Shown piece after piece: positions 28,041-37,266 of a DNA stretch of 64,000 bases. The first letter of the stretch is position 1. Every line of letters starts with the position of its first letter. The notes beneath the pieces are model-generated. The model had not been told where the DNA came from, did not search any database, and was given only the letters and a program-made list of their open reading frames with translations. The translations under genes and the position numbers were made by a program. Origin of the DNA: Euryarchaeota archaeon TMED99 (lineage in GTDB: Archaea > Thermoplasmatota > Poseidoniia > Poseidoniales > Poseidoniaceae); contig NHFA02000025.1 of the NCBI GenBank assembly GCA_002170315.2, positions 7,084 through 71,083 of the forward strand, read 5' to 3'.

Positions 28041-28583
28041 ATGGACTCCTACCAAGCAGCCCTCGAAGATTGGTGTGAAGAGGAATGGGGGCAATCTCCC
28101 ATGGCCATTTCGGAGTGGTTTGTTGATGATGAAGTTGCTCAAGTGTTTATGCGCCTCCATCGAAGTGTTTTGATTGCAAATTTTATCATAAATGAAGACG
28201 GTTCACTCGATTGTCAAGAACATCTCCAAATCCCTCTCGATCGTTGGAATCCAGGCTCTGTGCAGGCCATTCGAACAGCCGATGGACGTGTACGTTTCCG
28301 ACACCGTAATTTGGAGATTCATCTGGCTGCTCGACTTCGCGCTCCTGAATGGGGGAAAGCCTTACTCGAAGAGTGGCTAATGAGTCAACGTGGTGATGTT
28401 CTGCGTCCGCGAGACAGAACGCAACGCGTTGCTTCAATAAATCGAACAAAGATGAGCATTGAGCGTAATTTGAATCATTCGAATCTCGACGCAGTGCGAA
28501 TGGATTTTCTTGCTACAACGACATCTCTCACCTCTGTTGAATCAAAATTAGATTCAAGAATAGGGAACGATGAGTCTGAATAA
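28041..28583 (+). CDS. Hypothetical acidic protein (180 aa)
   Basis: The ORF has protein-like acidic composition but no motif I recognise. Its 5' end competes with the long version of the M50 ORF. Confidence 0.45.
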   Translation: MDSYQAALEDWCEEEWGQSPMAISEWFVDDEVAQVFMRLHRSVLIANFIINEDGSLDCQEHLQIPLDRWNPGSVQAIRTADGRVRFRHRNLEIHLAARLRAPEWGKALLEEWLMSQRGDVLRPRDRTQRVASINRTKMSIERNLNHSNLDAVRMDFLATTTSLTSVESKLDSRIGNDESE

Positions 28584-28584
28584 G

Positions 28585-29433
28585 TCAATTTAATTTGACC
28601 TTGTAGCGATCTCTTCCATTAGCATACATCGTAATTGTTCCCGTTGAAGAGACGCAGACGGCAATTCCTTCAACCAATTGTGAAATCGCTCGAGCAGCTA
28701 AATGGCGCCCTCCCTCTCCTGCTTTGGGTACAATGCCTGCGGGAACTTGGATATACCTTCCAGCATCACTCGCAATGCCGTCACGGTTAAACAAAATCGC
28801 TCCATCAAGCCATGCAAATTCTGCTAAAGTTTCATGATTTTCGTCGTACAAAACGCTGCGCTTTTCTGGACTGTGGCCCTTAAACGGATTGAGTACAAGT
28901 GCTGTCGTGTGCTTTCGCAATGCGGGAAGTGGGCCAATGGCGAACAATGCTCCAATGGCGTGCCCTTCTCGACCTCTGGAGCCAATGTGTCGGGCGAGTT
29001 GCATCATTTTTGTCAGTACTTCTAAATCGATATTGAAATCTTGTGCGAGAGATGCGAAGCGATTAGAATTGAGTGTGGATGTATCGATAATGAAAACACC
29101 GTCAATCGGTTCGGCCAGAATTACCAACATTCGCTCTCCACTCGAAAGATTCCCTTCACCGATGGCTTGCAAGACCAAATCATGCATGTGATTGAGGACG
29201 CTCAACCCTTGAGATGTGAGATTTTCTTCAAGTATGGAACTTCTAATCCCGCTTTCATTGAGTGCTTCTACCACACGATTTTGACTTGAAAGAACGGTGA
29301 GGGTAAGATCAGGTGGTAACACCTCTGCCACCTGTTTCACCTTACGTACGCTGTTAGCAAGCATCAACACAGACTGGAAAGTGCGTCGTTCTGAGGAGAG
29401 AGTACTCGATACCATCGCAGCGAGGTCAACCAT
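28585..29433 (-). CDS. dacZ: Diadenylate cyclase, archaeal DacZ type (c-di-AMP synthase)
   Basis: The C-terminal DAC domain motifs are HAIGALFAIG, LDGAILFNRDG, GGRHLAARAIS and AVCVSSTGTITMY. An N-terminal domain of about 120 aa matches archaeal DacZ. Confidence 0.8.
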   Translation of the reverse strand: MVDLAAMVSSTLSSERRTFQSVLMLANSVRKVKQVAEVLPPDLTLTVLSSQNRVVEALNESGIRSSILEENLTSQGLSVLNHMHDLVLQAIGEGNLSSGERMLVILAEPIDGVFIIDTSTLNSNRFASLAQDFNIDLEVLTKMMQLARHIGSRGREGHAIGALFAIGPLPALRKHTTALVLNPFKGHSPEKRSVLYDENHETLAEFAWLDGAILFNRDGIASDAGRYIQVPAGIVPKAGEGGRHLAARAISQLVEGIAVCVSSTGTITMYANGRDRYKVKLN

Positions 29434-29442
29434 GAAAACGCC

Positions 29443-30066
29443 TCAAGATGTAGAATCAAAACCAGGCAATTGGTCTTCAGTTTCTCTGTAGACAGTCCTC
29501 ATGTTCGAGATGAAGTTCTTTTCTTTAACTACAATTGTGTATTCTGAAAAGCCTGGGTCTTCCTCTCCATCGAGTTTGCCAAGAAGAATCTCTAATGTCA
29601 ATCGCGCACCCTCACGGTGTGGATATGCAAAAATTCCCATCGAGAGCGGGGGTGATACAATCGAAGTCACGTCTTTCATGTCTTTTAGTGTTGCAAAGAG
29701 ATTGGCGTATGTTTCAGGAAGTAATTCTCGACGAGCTTCATCTTGGTTCGGGCGTCGACAGTCAGGCCCAACAACGTGGATAATGTGCTTGTAATTCTGA
29801 GCAAGGTCATACGGTTCGGTGATTACATTCTGTGTAACTGCGCAAGGGGGGGCGTTGATTTTACGCATCTCCAGGCAAATATTTCGAGTCACCTGGGTTA
29901 ATTCAGCACCCGCTTTTGCATGAATGAGAGCATCCAATCCTTCTCTGCCTGAAAGCCGATTGTTTGCAGGAGTAATCAGGGCATCGCCGGAGTGGTTCCA
30001 AACATCGCCACCTACGACGCGAAGAATACCCCATTTACATGTTCGAGCCATATAGAGTTCTGCCAT
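29443..30066 (-). CDS. Macro domain protein (ADP-ribose binding / O-acetyl-ADP-ribose deacetylase-like)
   Basis: The macro motifs are GDALITPANNRLSGREGLDALIHAKAG, HIIHVVGP and SIVSPPLSMGIFAYP. Its stop lies 9 nt upstream of the dacZ start. Confidence 0.8.
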   Translation of the reverse strand: MAELYMARTCKWGILRVVGGDVWNHSGDALITPANNRLSGREGLDALIHAKAGAELTQVTRNICLEMRKINAPPCAVTQNVITEPYDLAQNYKHIIHVVGPDCRRPNQDEARRELLPETYANLFATLKDMKDVTSIVSPPLSMGIFAYPHREGARLTLEILLGKLDGEEDPGFSEYTIVVKEKNFISNMRTVYRETEDQLPGFDSTS

Positions 30067-30225
30067 CAGTCAACCATGAGGGGCCACCTTACTTATCAAG
30101 TTCGCAAATTAGTAATGAAAATGCCTCAAAAATCGATTTTTGTCTCCCCGCCTTTAAATTCGAGTGAACAAACCATGCATCACCATGGCGGCATTGCTAA
30201 ACGCTATTGCTGTTAGCCGAAGAAC

Positions 30226-33200
30226 ATGGACAGAAGAAGTTCAAGCCTTCTTATGGCTTTTCTGTTCATTTTTGGCAACCTTGCTACACCGCTCCTTGAA
30301 CTGAATCGCTCTGATAGTACTGATGCCGATTTGGTTGGAAAATCTCTTTTTAACGATGCCTTTGTAGGATTTACGAGTGAAAACTCGACCGACTTCTGGA
30401 ACCAAACCCCTTGGCCTTCACAAGCCCAACCGCTTGGCTTTGATTTTCTTACCGTTTACGATTATTCCGATGTGGGTGTACTGATAAACAACAACTCTGA
30501 TGCCAGTAAAACAATCGGATGGGCTTTTGTCAATGCTCGAAACATCAGTGAAGAAAACATCTTCTTTTTCAACCACTCCAATACGCCAACAAAAGAAACA
30601 ATTAATCGAAATGAATTCAATGAATATTTTGCAGCACCCTTTTTGGAATTACTTTCCAATCGCACCTCTACGGATGAACTGAATTATCTAGTGTCCACCA
30701 AAGGCATACCTCTCCGCATCAATGGGGGTAATGATAAGGCGAGTTTTGACCAAGAATTTTCTCTGCTTGGAGGCTCTTTCAACTCCAGCATTGGGGGAGA
30801 CTATTGGTTCGAACATGGATATGGCCCACTTGGTGATGGAGAAATGAAGGCTTTCTCTCGCGAGGAATATGGTTTCTTCCTGATGTCTCGCTTAACAGGA
30901 TACACCGTTGAAACAGCGCTTGGCCTCATTGAAAAGGCGAACAACAGTTTAGGTCAACGAGGTATTTTTGCCTTGGACTTAGCGACGAACCGTAATGAAT
31001 CCGGTTACAAATTCTGGAATGATGACCTGTATTTGGCCCAATCTGAACTCAATGGGAGCATGGGCTTGCCAACTGTTTTTGATGAGACTTCTGAATTTTT
31101 AACCAACCTCTCCAATGTAATGGGTTATGCTTCTTGGGGGTCAAATGACGGAAGTTGGGGTTCGAATTGGCTTCCAAATGGTGGATTTGATACCTCTGAC
31201 TCGACGTATTCCAGTGGATCGGAACATTGGAATTCGACCTTGCCGACACTTTCCTCCGGTGATTCTTTCCAATGGACGACGCAGACTGAAGTGAAAAAGG
31301 ATGGAGCCTCAGCACTGGAAGCCTCAGTTTCAGCCCAATGCTCCCAAGAATCCGGAAACGGCACTCCTGGAATCCTTGCAGAATTTTTCGATAACGATGG
31401 TGTGAGTTTCAATACAGGATCTATGCCATCGCTCATCGACCGAGTCCCCGACCATGTTCGGCTTGAATCCTCGCTGCAATATTCCTCTTCGGGCCAAGCC
31501 TACACAGGCTTAGATGACCGTTTCAAAAACAATTGGGGTGCTCGATTTAGTGGGCTTATCGAAATCCCTGAAGCAGGTAATTGGACCTTTTATCTGACCT
31601 CTGATGATGGTTCAGAACTGTGGTTAGACGGCCAAAGCCTTGTTACCAATTATGGTTCTCACGGTATGGTTGAACGTTCGCAATTTGGCCAGTATGAAGC
31701 TGCCAAATATGATTTCAAAATTGAATTTTTCCAAGGCGGTGGACCGCATGGCCTGCAACTCTCATGGTCGGGCCCCAATCAGAGTAAATCGTTCGTTCCA
31801 CCCTCGGCATTTTCACTCGCTGAAAATTATATTCCCTCCGTAAATAACTTGATTCATCATTGGGATTTCGAAGACGGAAGCGGTTTGTCTGCACTGGATT
31901 CAGTTAATTCGAGTACGAATTTCACGCTAAAAAACATGAACTCAACCAATTGGCGCACATGTGTCGACGGGGGGTGCCTGTGGTATGACGGCGTCGATGA
32001 TTCCTTGGAAGTCGATGTCGATGATTGGGTTGGAAACTTCACTGTGAGTCAGTGGGTTTGGGCCAACTCTACAACATTACCGACCTATTCCTCGGTCTTC
32101 GCAGTCGACCATAATTCGGGTTCCAACGCATCATTCCAGCATGCCGTTTTCAGCGGAGAATGGCGCTTACATAACAATCAGTCGTATTCATTTGGTCAAA
32201 TTGAAGCTCAAGAATGGGCGCACTTGGTGACCGTTTTTGACAACGGCTCGACGCGCCAATACCTCAACGGCGTCTTGGTCCGAACGACGACTCTTCCATT
32301 GGGCGCCCTCAATAATATTGAATTGTATAAGTTGGGAGTAAATCGCGGAGGGAATTCATATTTCGAAGGCATGATTGATAACGTCATGATTTGGGATTCG
32401 GCCTTAGAACATAACGAGATTACGACTTTAAATCGCGACATTTACAAAGATTGCTCAGCATATTCTGGTAATGGACAGGCAGTAGCTTCCGTAGAGCAAA
32501 CCTATGAGTTTCCAGAGTATCTGCAAGATCATGCTTGGATCATCAGCCTGTATGGCCAACGTATAGGTGATGTTTATGGAGATTTTTCAATTGAAATTGA
32601 GGGTCTTGATGAGAACGGAACAGTCCTTTCAAGCAATCAATCTGATGGGAAGAATTTTGCTCCTTCATGGGAATCAAGGAGTTTACGTTTCCGTCCTGAC
32701 AGCAATGTTAGTGCTTTCAGAATTCGGGTTCCGTTAGACATTGTGGCCACTTCTACAGACGGCTCGATTTATTTGGATACAATGAATCTACGTCCTATTC
32801 GGCCGCATAATTCTTGGATGGATGGCTCAATTGCAGAAACAGCTGTTTCGACCAGTGGGCGCTCTTTCAATTGGGATACGAGCTATGGCCAATCACTGAT
32901 AGCAGATTTACTGGAGGATGGAGTCTCAGGCGCTAAGGGCTATGTTTACGAGCCATACCTTACTGCTGTAGGAACGCCGAGTACATTGATGATGATGTAT
33001 GCAAAAGGTTTCAATTTGGCGGAATCTCATGCTGCAGCTAACCTCCAGGCAGGTTGGATGGGTGTCACCGTTGGTGACCCGAAGATGGCTCCTTATGCGG
33101 ATTTGAATCATGACATTAACCTCGTTGACGTTCGTCAAATTCAAAATGCATCGTATATGCAACCAACTCAAATTCAAGTGGCGATTGAAAATTTAGGAAT

Positions 33201-35517
33201 GGCTTCTTCGAATGGCACTCTTCTGGTACAAGATATTCAAGGGAATATTGAGATGTACCGTGGAAATCTAACTTTACCCAGCGGAGATAAAAACGGCTCA
33301 AGTATACTGTATAACCTGAGTATCACTCCTGAAAAAACGGGTTGGATGGATCTGCGTATTCGATATTCGAATGCAAGCAGTGATGCTCCTGAACGAAACT
33401 TAGCGAACAATATGGTTACAATGCGTATATGGGTGAACGCTCCACCAACGGTTGAACAAATCTACTGTGATGCTGAAGTTTACGCTCGTGGAGATAATTT
33501 CATCTGTACCATTGAAGCAACTGATGACATCAATGTCACATCAGTCGTGGTTGATTGGGCGGTAACGCAGAACCTTTCCAATCTCTCAGATGTACAGTGG
33601 GTTACACGTTCAACGGGCCAAGTAGATGCATTGCGTTGGCAGTCTTCCATTACTCTCCCAACATCTCTTGAACTTGGATTTTTAGTTTTGAGAGCAACAG
33701 CATTCGATGAGAGTCAACAAATTGGAGTCTCTCTTGAAACAGATATCGCAACGGTGGTCGATGCACAAGCTCAATGGTTTGGCCCTCATTTCGAGGGAGT
33801 CGATTCACCTTCGTGGTCGGGTATCAATCAACTCCCGTATCGTCCAACAGGTGGATTATTCCGTGGAGAAGCAGTCAATGTGACGATGTGTGTTTTGGAT
33901 GCAGATTATGACCTCTCTGAACAACAGCCCCTTCTCACTGCCTCTGCAGGCCATGTCTCGAATCTCAGTTATGTTGCTCAAATTGATTCAAGTCACCATT
34001 GTTACATTGGGTCTTATCTTCGTAATGCCAGTACTTCACTCGAAGACATTGTTTTTGAGATTCGCCAATTGGATGGAGCGCTTCTTCAATCGCGCATTCT
34101 CTCAGTAAGCGATCGAGCACCTCATGCAACAATCGAAATCGTTGATGAAGAAGGTCTTCTTTTGGACAGCGTTCGCGGTGGGGGGAATGAATACGTACGA
34201 CTCTCTATTTCAGATTCAGACGACCCTTCTTCTTCAGTTACTGGAGATTTGCAAGTCCAGTGGCCAGGTGCTGAACTACGCACCATTCCTGTCGATGCAC
34301 AAGATATTGGCTCCGCTCTCATCATAGAGTTGCCAAATATTGCAGATGCATTAGAGGGTGGAGAACTTGAACTTCGACTCGAAATGACTGGTCAACATGC
34401 TGCATCATTTACTGAAATTTTCACTCTACCTTTACTTCTCACTACTCCCGAAGTTCTTTCTTCCCACATTTGTGATGATCAAGGCCCAATTACCTCATTA
34501 CGATTTGGAAATACTGGCTACCTGCTGGTACATCTGCAAAGTGAACGGCCGATTCTTTCGATGCAAACAACTCTCAGTCAGCTAGGTTGGTCGGTTTCTG
34601 CTCCATCTTTGGGTGAAATCGCATTTAATGACCCATCGATCCAAAACTGTCTTTCTTCCCATTCATCTCATGACAGTGATGGACAATTGCACAAATTCAG
34701 ATTACGCCTCGATGGAACTTTTATTGATGGCGAAGGGCAAATTTTGTTTAATGTTCGAGATGTTGATGGATTGTCGAAGTCATTGAATCTTCCAATTAAA
34801 TTCTATCATGCTGCTCCACAAACGATGCTCATGGAAAATCAAAATCTGACTGCGGGTGATTTGCTTTCTTTCTCGGGTTTTGTGACTGATGCTGATGGGA
34901 TTGATGATTTGACCTGTGAGGCACGAGTCACACATAATCAATCACAATTAGCACAATTACAGGTGACGCTTCAACCTACAAATTTGACATATGCAAATAT
35001 AGAATTTCAGTTTCCAACTACCGGTGTATTGAGTAATTTGACTTTAGAAGTTGAAGTGACATGTATTGACTCATGGTTACAATCGAATTCTTCTACCCTT
35101 GAATTTACTTTATTGCCTGAAACGGTTTGTGAATCATGCCAACAAACCAATTCAGAAGGTGACGCAGTCGAAACTTCCTTTTCCAAGGTCAGTATCGCGG
35201 TTTTTGCTTTTGTTACGCTCATCGGTTTACTTGGCTTGACCCTGTTCTTGAAAAGGGAGAAAGAGATAGAAACACCGTTGTGGGTTTCAGAGAATGGTGA
35301 TGTTGAAATTCCTCATGCCGATTCTGATGGTTCTTCAGTGAAATTGCAAAAGCCTACTGGATGGTCGAATGAACAGTACCGTCTTTGGCTTGAAAGTGAG
35401 ATGCCAGATGGTTGGACATTGGTGCAATGGGTCGTGTTCAGTGGTGAACAGATTGAACTTCTTGACCATCAAGAAAAAGATAAGAAAAGAGATCCGTTAA
35501 ATGAGGAAATGGCGTGA
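30226..35517 (+). CDS. Giant cell-surface protein (1763 aa) with PA14 and LamG/concanavalin-like domains, CARDB-like modules and a C-terminal TM anchor
   Basis: It has an N-terminal signal/anchor (LLMAFLFIFGNLATPLL). The PA14 domain lies at about 31369..31790 (GILAEFFDND...WGARFSGLIEIPEAGNWTFYLTSDDGSELWLDG...LQLSWSGP). The LamG_3-like domain lies at about 31855..32430 (HHWDFEDGSG...FTVSQWVW...WAHLVTVFDNGSTRQYLNG...IDNVMIWDSALEHNEI). A CARDB-like segment starts at about 33115. The TM is VSIAVFAFVTLIGLLGLTLFL, followed by a Trp-rich tail. Confidence 0.85.
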   Translation: MDRRSSSLLMAFLFIFGNLATPLLELNRSDSTDADLVGKSLFNDAFVGFTSENSTDFWNQTPWPSQAQPLGFDFLTVYDYSDVGVLINNNSDASKTIGWAFVNARNISEENIFFFNHSNTPTKETINRNEFNEYFAAPFLELLSNRTSTDELNYLVSTKGIPLRINGGNDKASFDQEFSLLGGSFNSSIGGDYWFEHGYGPLGDGEMKAFSREEYGFFLMSRLTGYTVETALGLIEKANNSLGQRGIFALDLATNRNESGYKFWNDDLYLAQSELNGSMGLPTVFDETSEFLTNLSNVMGYASWGSNDGSWGSNWLPNGGFDTSDSTYSSGSEHWNSTLPTLSSGDSFQWTTQTEVKKDGASALEASVSAQCSQESGNGTPGILAEFFDNDGVSFNTGSMPSLIDRVPDHVRLESSLQYSSSGQAYTGLDDRFKNNWGARFSGLIEIPEAGNWTFYLTSDDGSELWLDGQSLVTNYGSHGMVERSQFGQYEAAKYDFKIEFFQGGGPHGLQLSWSGPNQSKSFVPPSAFSLAENYIPSVNNLIHHWDFEDGSGLSALDSVNSSTNFTLKNMNSTNWRTCVDGGCLWYDGVDDSLEVDVDDWVGNFTVSQWVWANSTTLPTYSSVFAVDHNSGSNASFQHAVFSGEWRLHNNQSYSFGQIEAQEWAHLVTVFDNGSTRQYLNGVLVRTTTLPLGALNNIELYKLGVNRGGNSYFEGMIDNVMIWDSALEHNEITTLNRDIYKDCSAYSGNGQAVASVEQTYEFPEYLQDHAWIISLYGQRIGDVYGDFSIEIEGLDENGTVLSSNQSDGKNFAPSWESRSLRFRPDSNVSAFRIRVPLDIVATSTDGSIYLDTMNLRPIRPHNSWMDGSIAETAVSTSGRSFNWDTSYGQSLIADLLEDGVSGAKGYVYEPYLTAVGTPSTLMMMYAKGFNLAESHAAANLQAGWMGVTVGDPKMAPYADLNHDINLVDVRQIQNASYMQPTQIQVAIENLGMASSNGTLLVQDIQGNIEMYRGNLTLPSGDKNGSSILYNLSITPEKTGWMDLRIRYSNASSDAPERNLANNMVTMRIWVNAPPTVEQIYCDAEVYARGDNFICTIEATDDINVTSVVVDWAVTQNLSNLSDVQWVTRSTGQVDALRWQSSITLPTSLELGFLVLRATAFDESQQIGVSLETDIATVVDAQAQWFGPHFEGVDSPSWSGINQLPYRPTGGLFRGEAVNVTMCVLDADYDLSEQQPLLTASAGHVSNLSYVAQIDSSHHCYIGSYLRNASTSLEDIVFEIRQLDGALLQSRILSVSDRAPHATIEIVDEEGLLLDSVRGGGNEYVRLSISDSDDPSSSVTGDLQVQWPGAELRTIPVDAQDIGSALIIELPNIADALEGGELELRLEMTGQHAASFTEIFTLPLLLTTPEVLSSHICDDQGPITSLRFGNTGYLLVHLQSERPILSMQTTLSQLGWSVSAPSLGEIAFNDPSIQNCLSSHSSHDSDGQLHKFRLRLDGTFIDGEGQILFNVRDVDGLSKSLNLPIKFYHAAPQTMLMENQNLTAGDLLSFSGFVTDADGIDDLTCEARVTHNQSQLAQLQVTLQPTNLTYANIEFQFPTTGVLSNLTLEVEVTCIDSWLQSNSSTLEFTLLPETVCESCQQTNSEGDAVETSFSKVSIAVFAFVTLIGLLGLTLFLKREKEIETPLWVSENGDVEIPHADSDGSSVKLQKPTGWSNEQYRLWLESEMPDGWTLVQWVVFSGEQIELLDHQEKDKKRDPLNEEMA

Positions 35518-35722
35518 AAGATTTCTTCTTTCAGGAGCAGTACTCTTACGATGGATTTTGATATCGGAAATACCTTTTTTCTAAACGATAGACTGCGGCT
35601 TTACGAGTGAAAATGTGCTCTTGCAAAGGGCCACTGCGGCGCTTATAGGGCGCAGTATAGCGTTTTATCGCCCCAAATACTATATACCTGACTAAGGTGT
35701 CAATTATCGGAGGTAATCCAAA

Positions 35723-35986
35723 ATGTCTGATAAAAAATACTTTGTTCTCATGGAGAACGGAAAAGATACGAGCCAGGTTTTTGCTAGCAAACAACCCCGT
35801 GGCGCAGCCCTCAAAGCTGCAACCCGCGGACATACGAACATACGCCTACGTGAGCGTGGCACCAAGCGTGTCCACGTCTTTACTGGCAGCATTAGCATGG
35901 TTCCAAAGCCAGCTAATGGACCTGCTTGGCTTCCTGACAAGATCAAGAAGGCCAACGTCAAGAAGTCCGGAATCGAACACCTTTGA
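35723..35986 (+). CDS. Chromatin protein MC1 (non-histone archaeal chromosomal protein)
   Basis: The 87-aa basic protein is collinear with the MC1 family as I recall it: FVL..., KQPRGAALKAATRG, IRLRERGTKRVHVF, PAWLPDKI..VKK. GGAGGT lies 8 nt upstream of the ATG. Confidence 0.85.
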   Translation: MSDKKYFVLMENGKDTSQVFASKQPRGAALKAATRGHTNIRLRERGTKRVHVFTGSISMVPKPANGPAWLPDKIKKANVKKSGIEHL

Positions 35987-36061
35987 TTTCATATCGACTT
36001 GATAGTCAGTTCTTCAAACTTGAAACATCGAGTTTGTTCCCGTAAGGGTCGCCGCTTCATT

Positions 36062-36077
36062 TCTCTCTTCGGAGAGA
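36062..36077. terminator. Small hairpin (6 bp, UUCG-type loop) between convergent MC1 and sdh-operon ends
   Basis: The structure is TCTCTC-TTCG-GAGAGA, 10 nt beyond the DoxX-like stop. There is no strong T-tract, so support is weak. Confidence 0.25.
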
Positions 36078-36086
36078 TTTGAAGCC

Positions 36087-36488
36087 TCATCTCTCTTTCT
36101 TCAAAGGCCATTTCGCAATCCATAGCGAAAGCCAAATCATTCCAACTTGGATGCTTGCTCGAACGATATGTCCTGTCGTTGAAAAATTTGTTCCGCCAAC
36201 GGTAATGTCATTGACCCACATATTCAGATTCGCCCAATACACAAGGACAAGAAATACAGCTGTTGAAAATGCAGCCCTCCTTCTCGAAATTGGTACGATT
36301 AGCCCCACGCCAAGAATCACTTCAACAAGCCCACTCACATAAACCCAAAATTCGGGAAAACCGAGAATCTCCGGGACGATGGGTGTAAAAAAACCGGTAT
36401 TGGTGAAATGTTGAATTCCTACCCAAGTCAGTGCACTACCGAATACAATGGCAGACAATGCACGTGCACTTTCGTACGCTTTTGACAC
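36087..36488 (-). CDS. Small 4-TM membrane protein (DoxX-like), last gene of the sdh operon
   Basis: It has four hydrophobic helices and a DoxX-like feel (FTPIVPEILGFPEFWVYVSGLVEVILGVGL). The GTG start lies 10 nt after the sdhB stop, with GAGG upstream. Confidence 0.5.
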   Translation of the reverse strand: MSKAYESARALSAIVFGSALTWVGIQHFTNTGFFTPIVPEILGFPEFWVYVSGLVEVILGVGLIVPISRRRAAFSTAVFLVLVYWANLNMWVNDITVGGTNFSTTGHIVRASIQVGMIWLSLWIAKWPLKKER

Positions 36489-36498
36489 AAAGATCGCC

Positions 36499-37266
36499 TC
36501 AGTAGCGTACTTTCTGGCGTGTTAGAGTTCGCCAAATTCGCTGGAGAGGGTCATAGTATCGGTCGACAACGCGTTCTTTCAACTGAATGATTGCATCGTC
36601 GGTTATCTGAATGCCAGCAGGACAAACTTCGGTACAACATCGAGTGATGTTACAATATTCAATTCCAAATTCCTTTTTGATTTCAGGAACTCTGTCTTCG
36701 AGATCCAGTGGGTGCATCTCATATTGAGCAAGGCGAACGAGATTTCGAGGACCAGCAAAGTCATCGAACATGGCATGGTCACGAAGGACGTGGCATGTGT
36801 TCACACAGAGGAAACATTCGATACATTCACGGAATTGTTGAACCCTGTCTGCTTCCATTTGGTTAAATTCCCAGTTCATTTCTTCTGGTCCTTTAATCGG
36901 TTTAATTTTTTGAGCCATTTCGTAGTTCCACGAAACATCTGTCACCAAATCCTTGACGTGAGGAAAGGCTTTCATCGGACGAATTTCAATTGGTTGCCCT
37001 TCAGGGGTTTCAGCAACAACATCACTCATACGAGTCATGCATAACAACCGTGGACGCCCATTGATTTCTGCTGAGCATGAACCACACTTGCCTGCCTTGC
37101 AATTCCAACGAACCGATAAATCAGGTTGCTGTTCATATTGAATGCGATGTACACAATCCAAAACGACCATGCCTTCATCGAGTTCAATAGTAAAATCTTC
37201 GAGAGCAGCCTCTTCACCTTCTCCACGAAGGATTTTGAAATCTTGTTTCTTACCTTTGAGAGTCAT
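36499..37266 (-). CDS. sdhB: Succinate dehydrogenase / fumarate reductase iron-sulfur subunit
   Basis: The three Fe-S cluster motifs are CKAGKCGSCSAEINGRPRLLC, CIECFLCVNTC and CTEVCPAGI. The ATG overlaps the sdhA stop (TAATG). Confidence 0.92.
   Translation of the reverse strand: MTLKGKKQDFKILRGEGEEAALEDFTIELDEGMVVLDCVHRIQYEQQPDLSVRWNCKAGKCGSCSAEINGRPRLLCMTRMSDVVAETPEGQPIEIRPMKAFPHVKDLVTDVSWNYEMAQKIKPIKGPEEMNWEFNQMEADRVQQFRECIECFLCVNTCHVLRDHAMFDDFAGPRNLVRLAQYEMHPLDLEDRVPEIKKEFGIEYCNITRCCTEVCPAGIQITDDAIIQLKERVVDRYYDPLQRIWRTLTRQKVRY

Noticed and set aside
27972-28160. The N-terminal 63 codons of the 553-aa M50 protease ORF.
   Set aside because: This stretch overlaps the divergent acidic ORF at 28041 and precedes the first TM helix with non-protein-like sequence. 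A GTG with a good AAGGAG SD at 27971 gives a typical M50 N-terminus. The start remains uncertain.
35546-36002. Three ORFs overlapping the MC1 locus: 35546..35833 (minus), 35697..36002 (plus) and 35704..35961 (minus).
   Set aside because: The frame 35723..35986 gives an unmistakable MC1-family protein with an SD. The others are overlapping shadows.
36079-36342. An 87-aa + strand ORF opposite the DoxX-like gene.
   Set aside because: The minus-strand frame encodes a coherent 4-TM protein linked to the sdh operon. The plus frame has no features.
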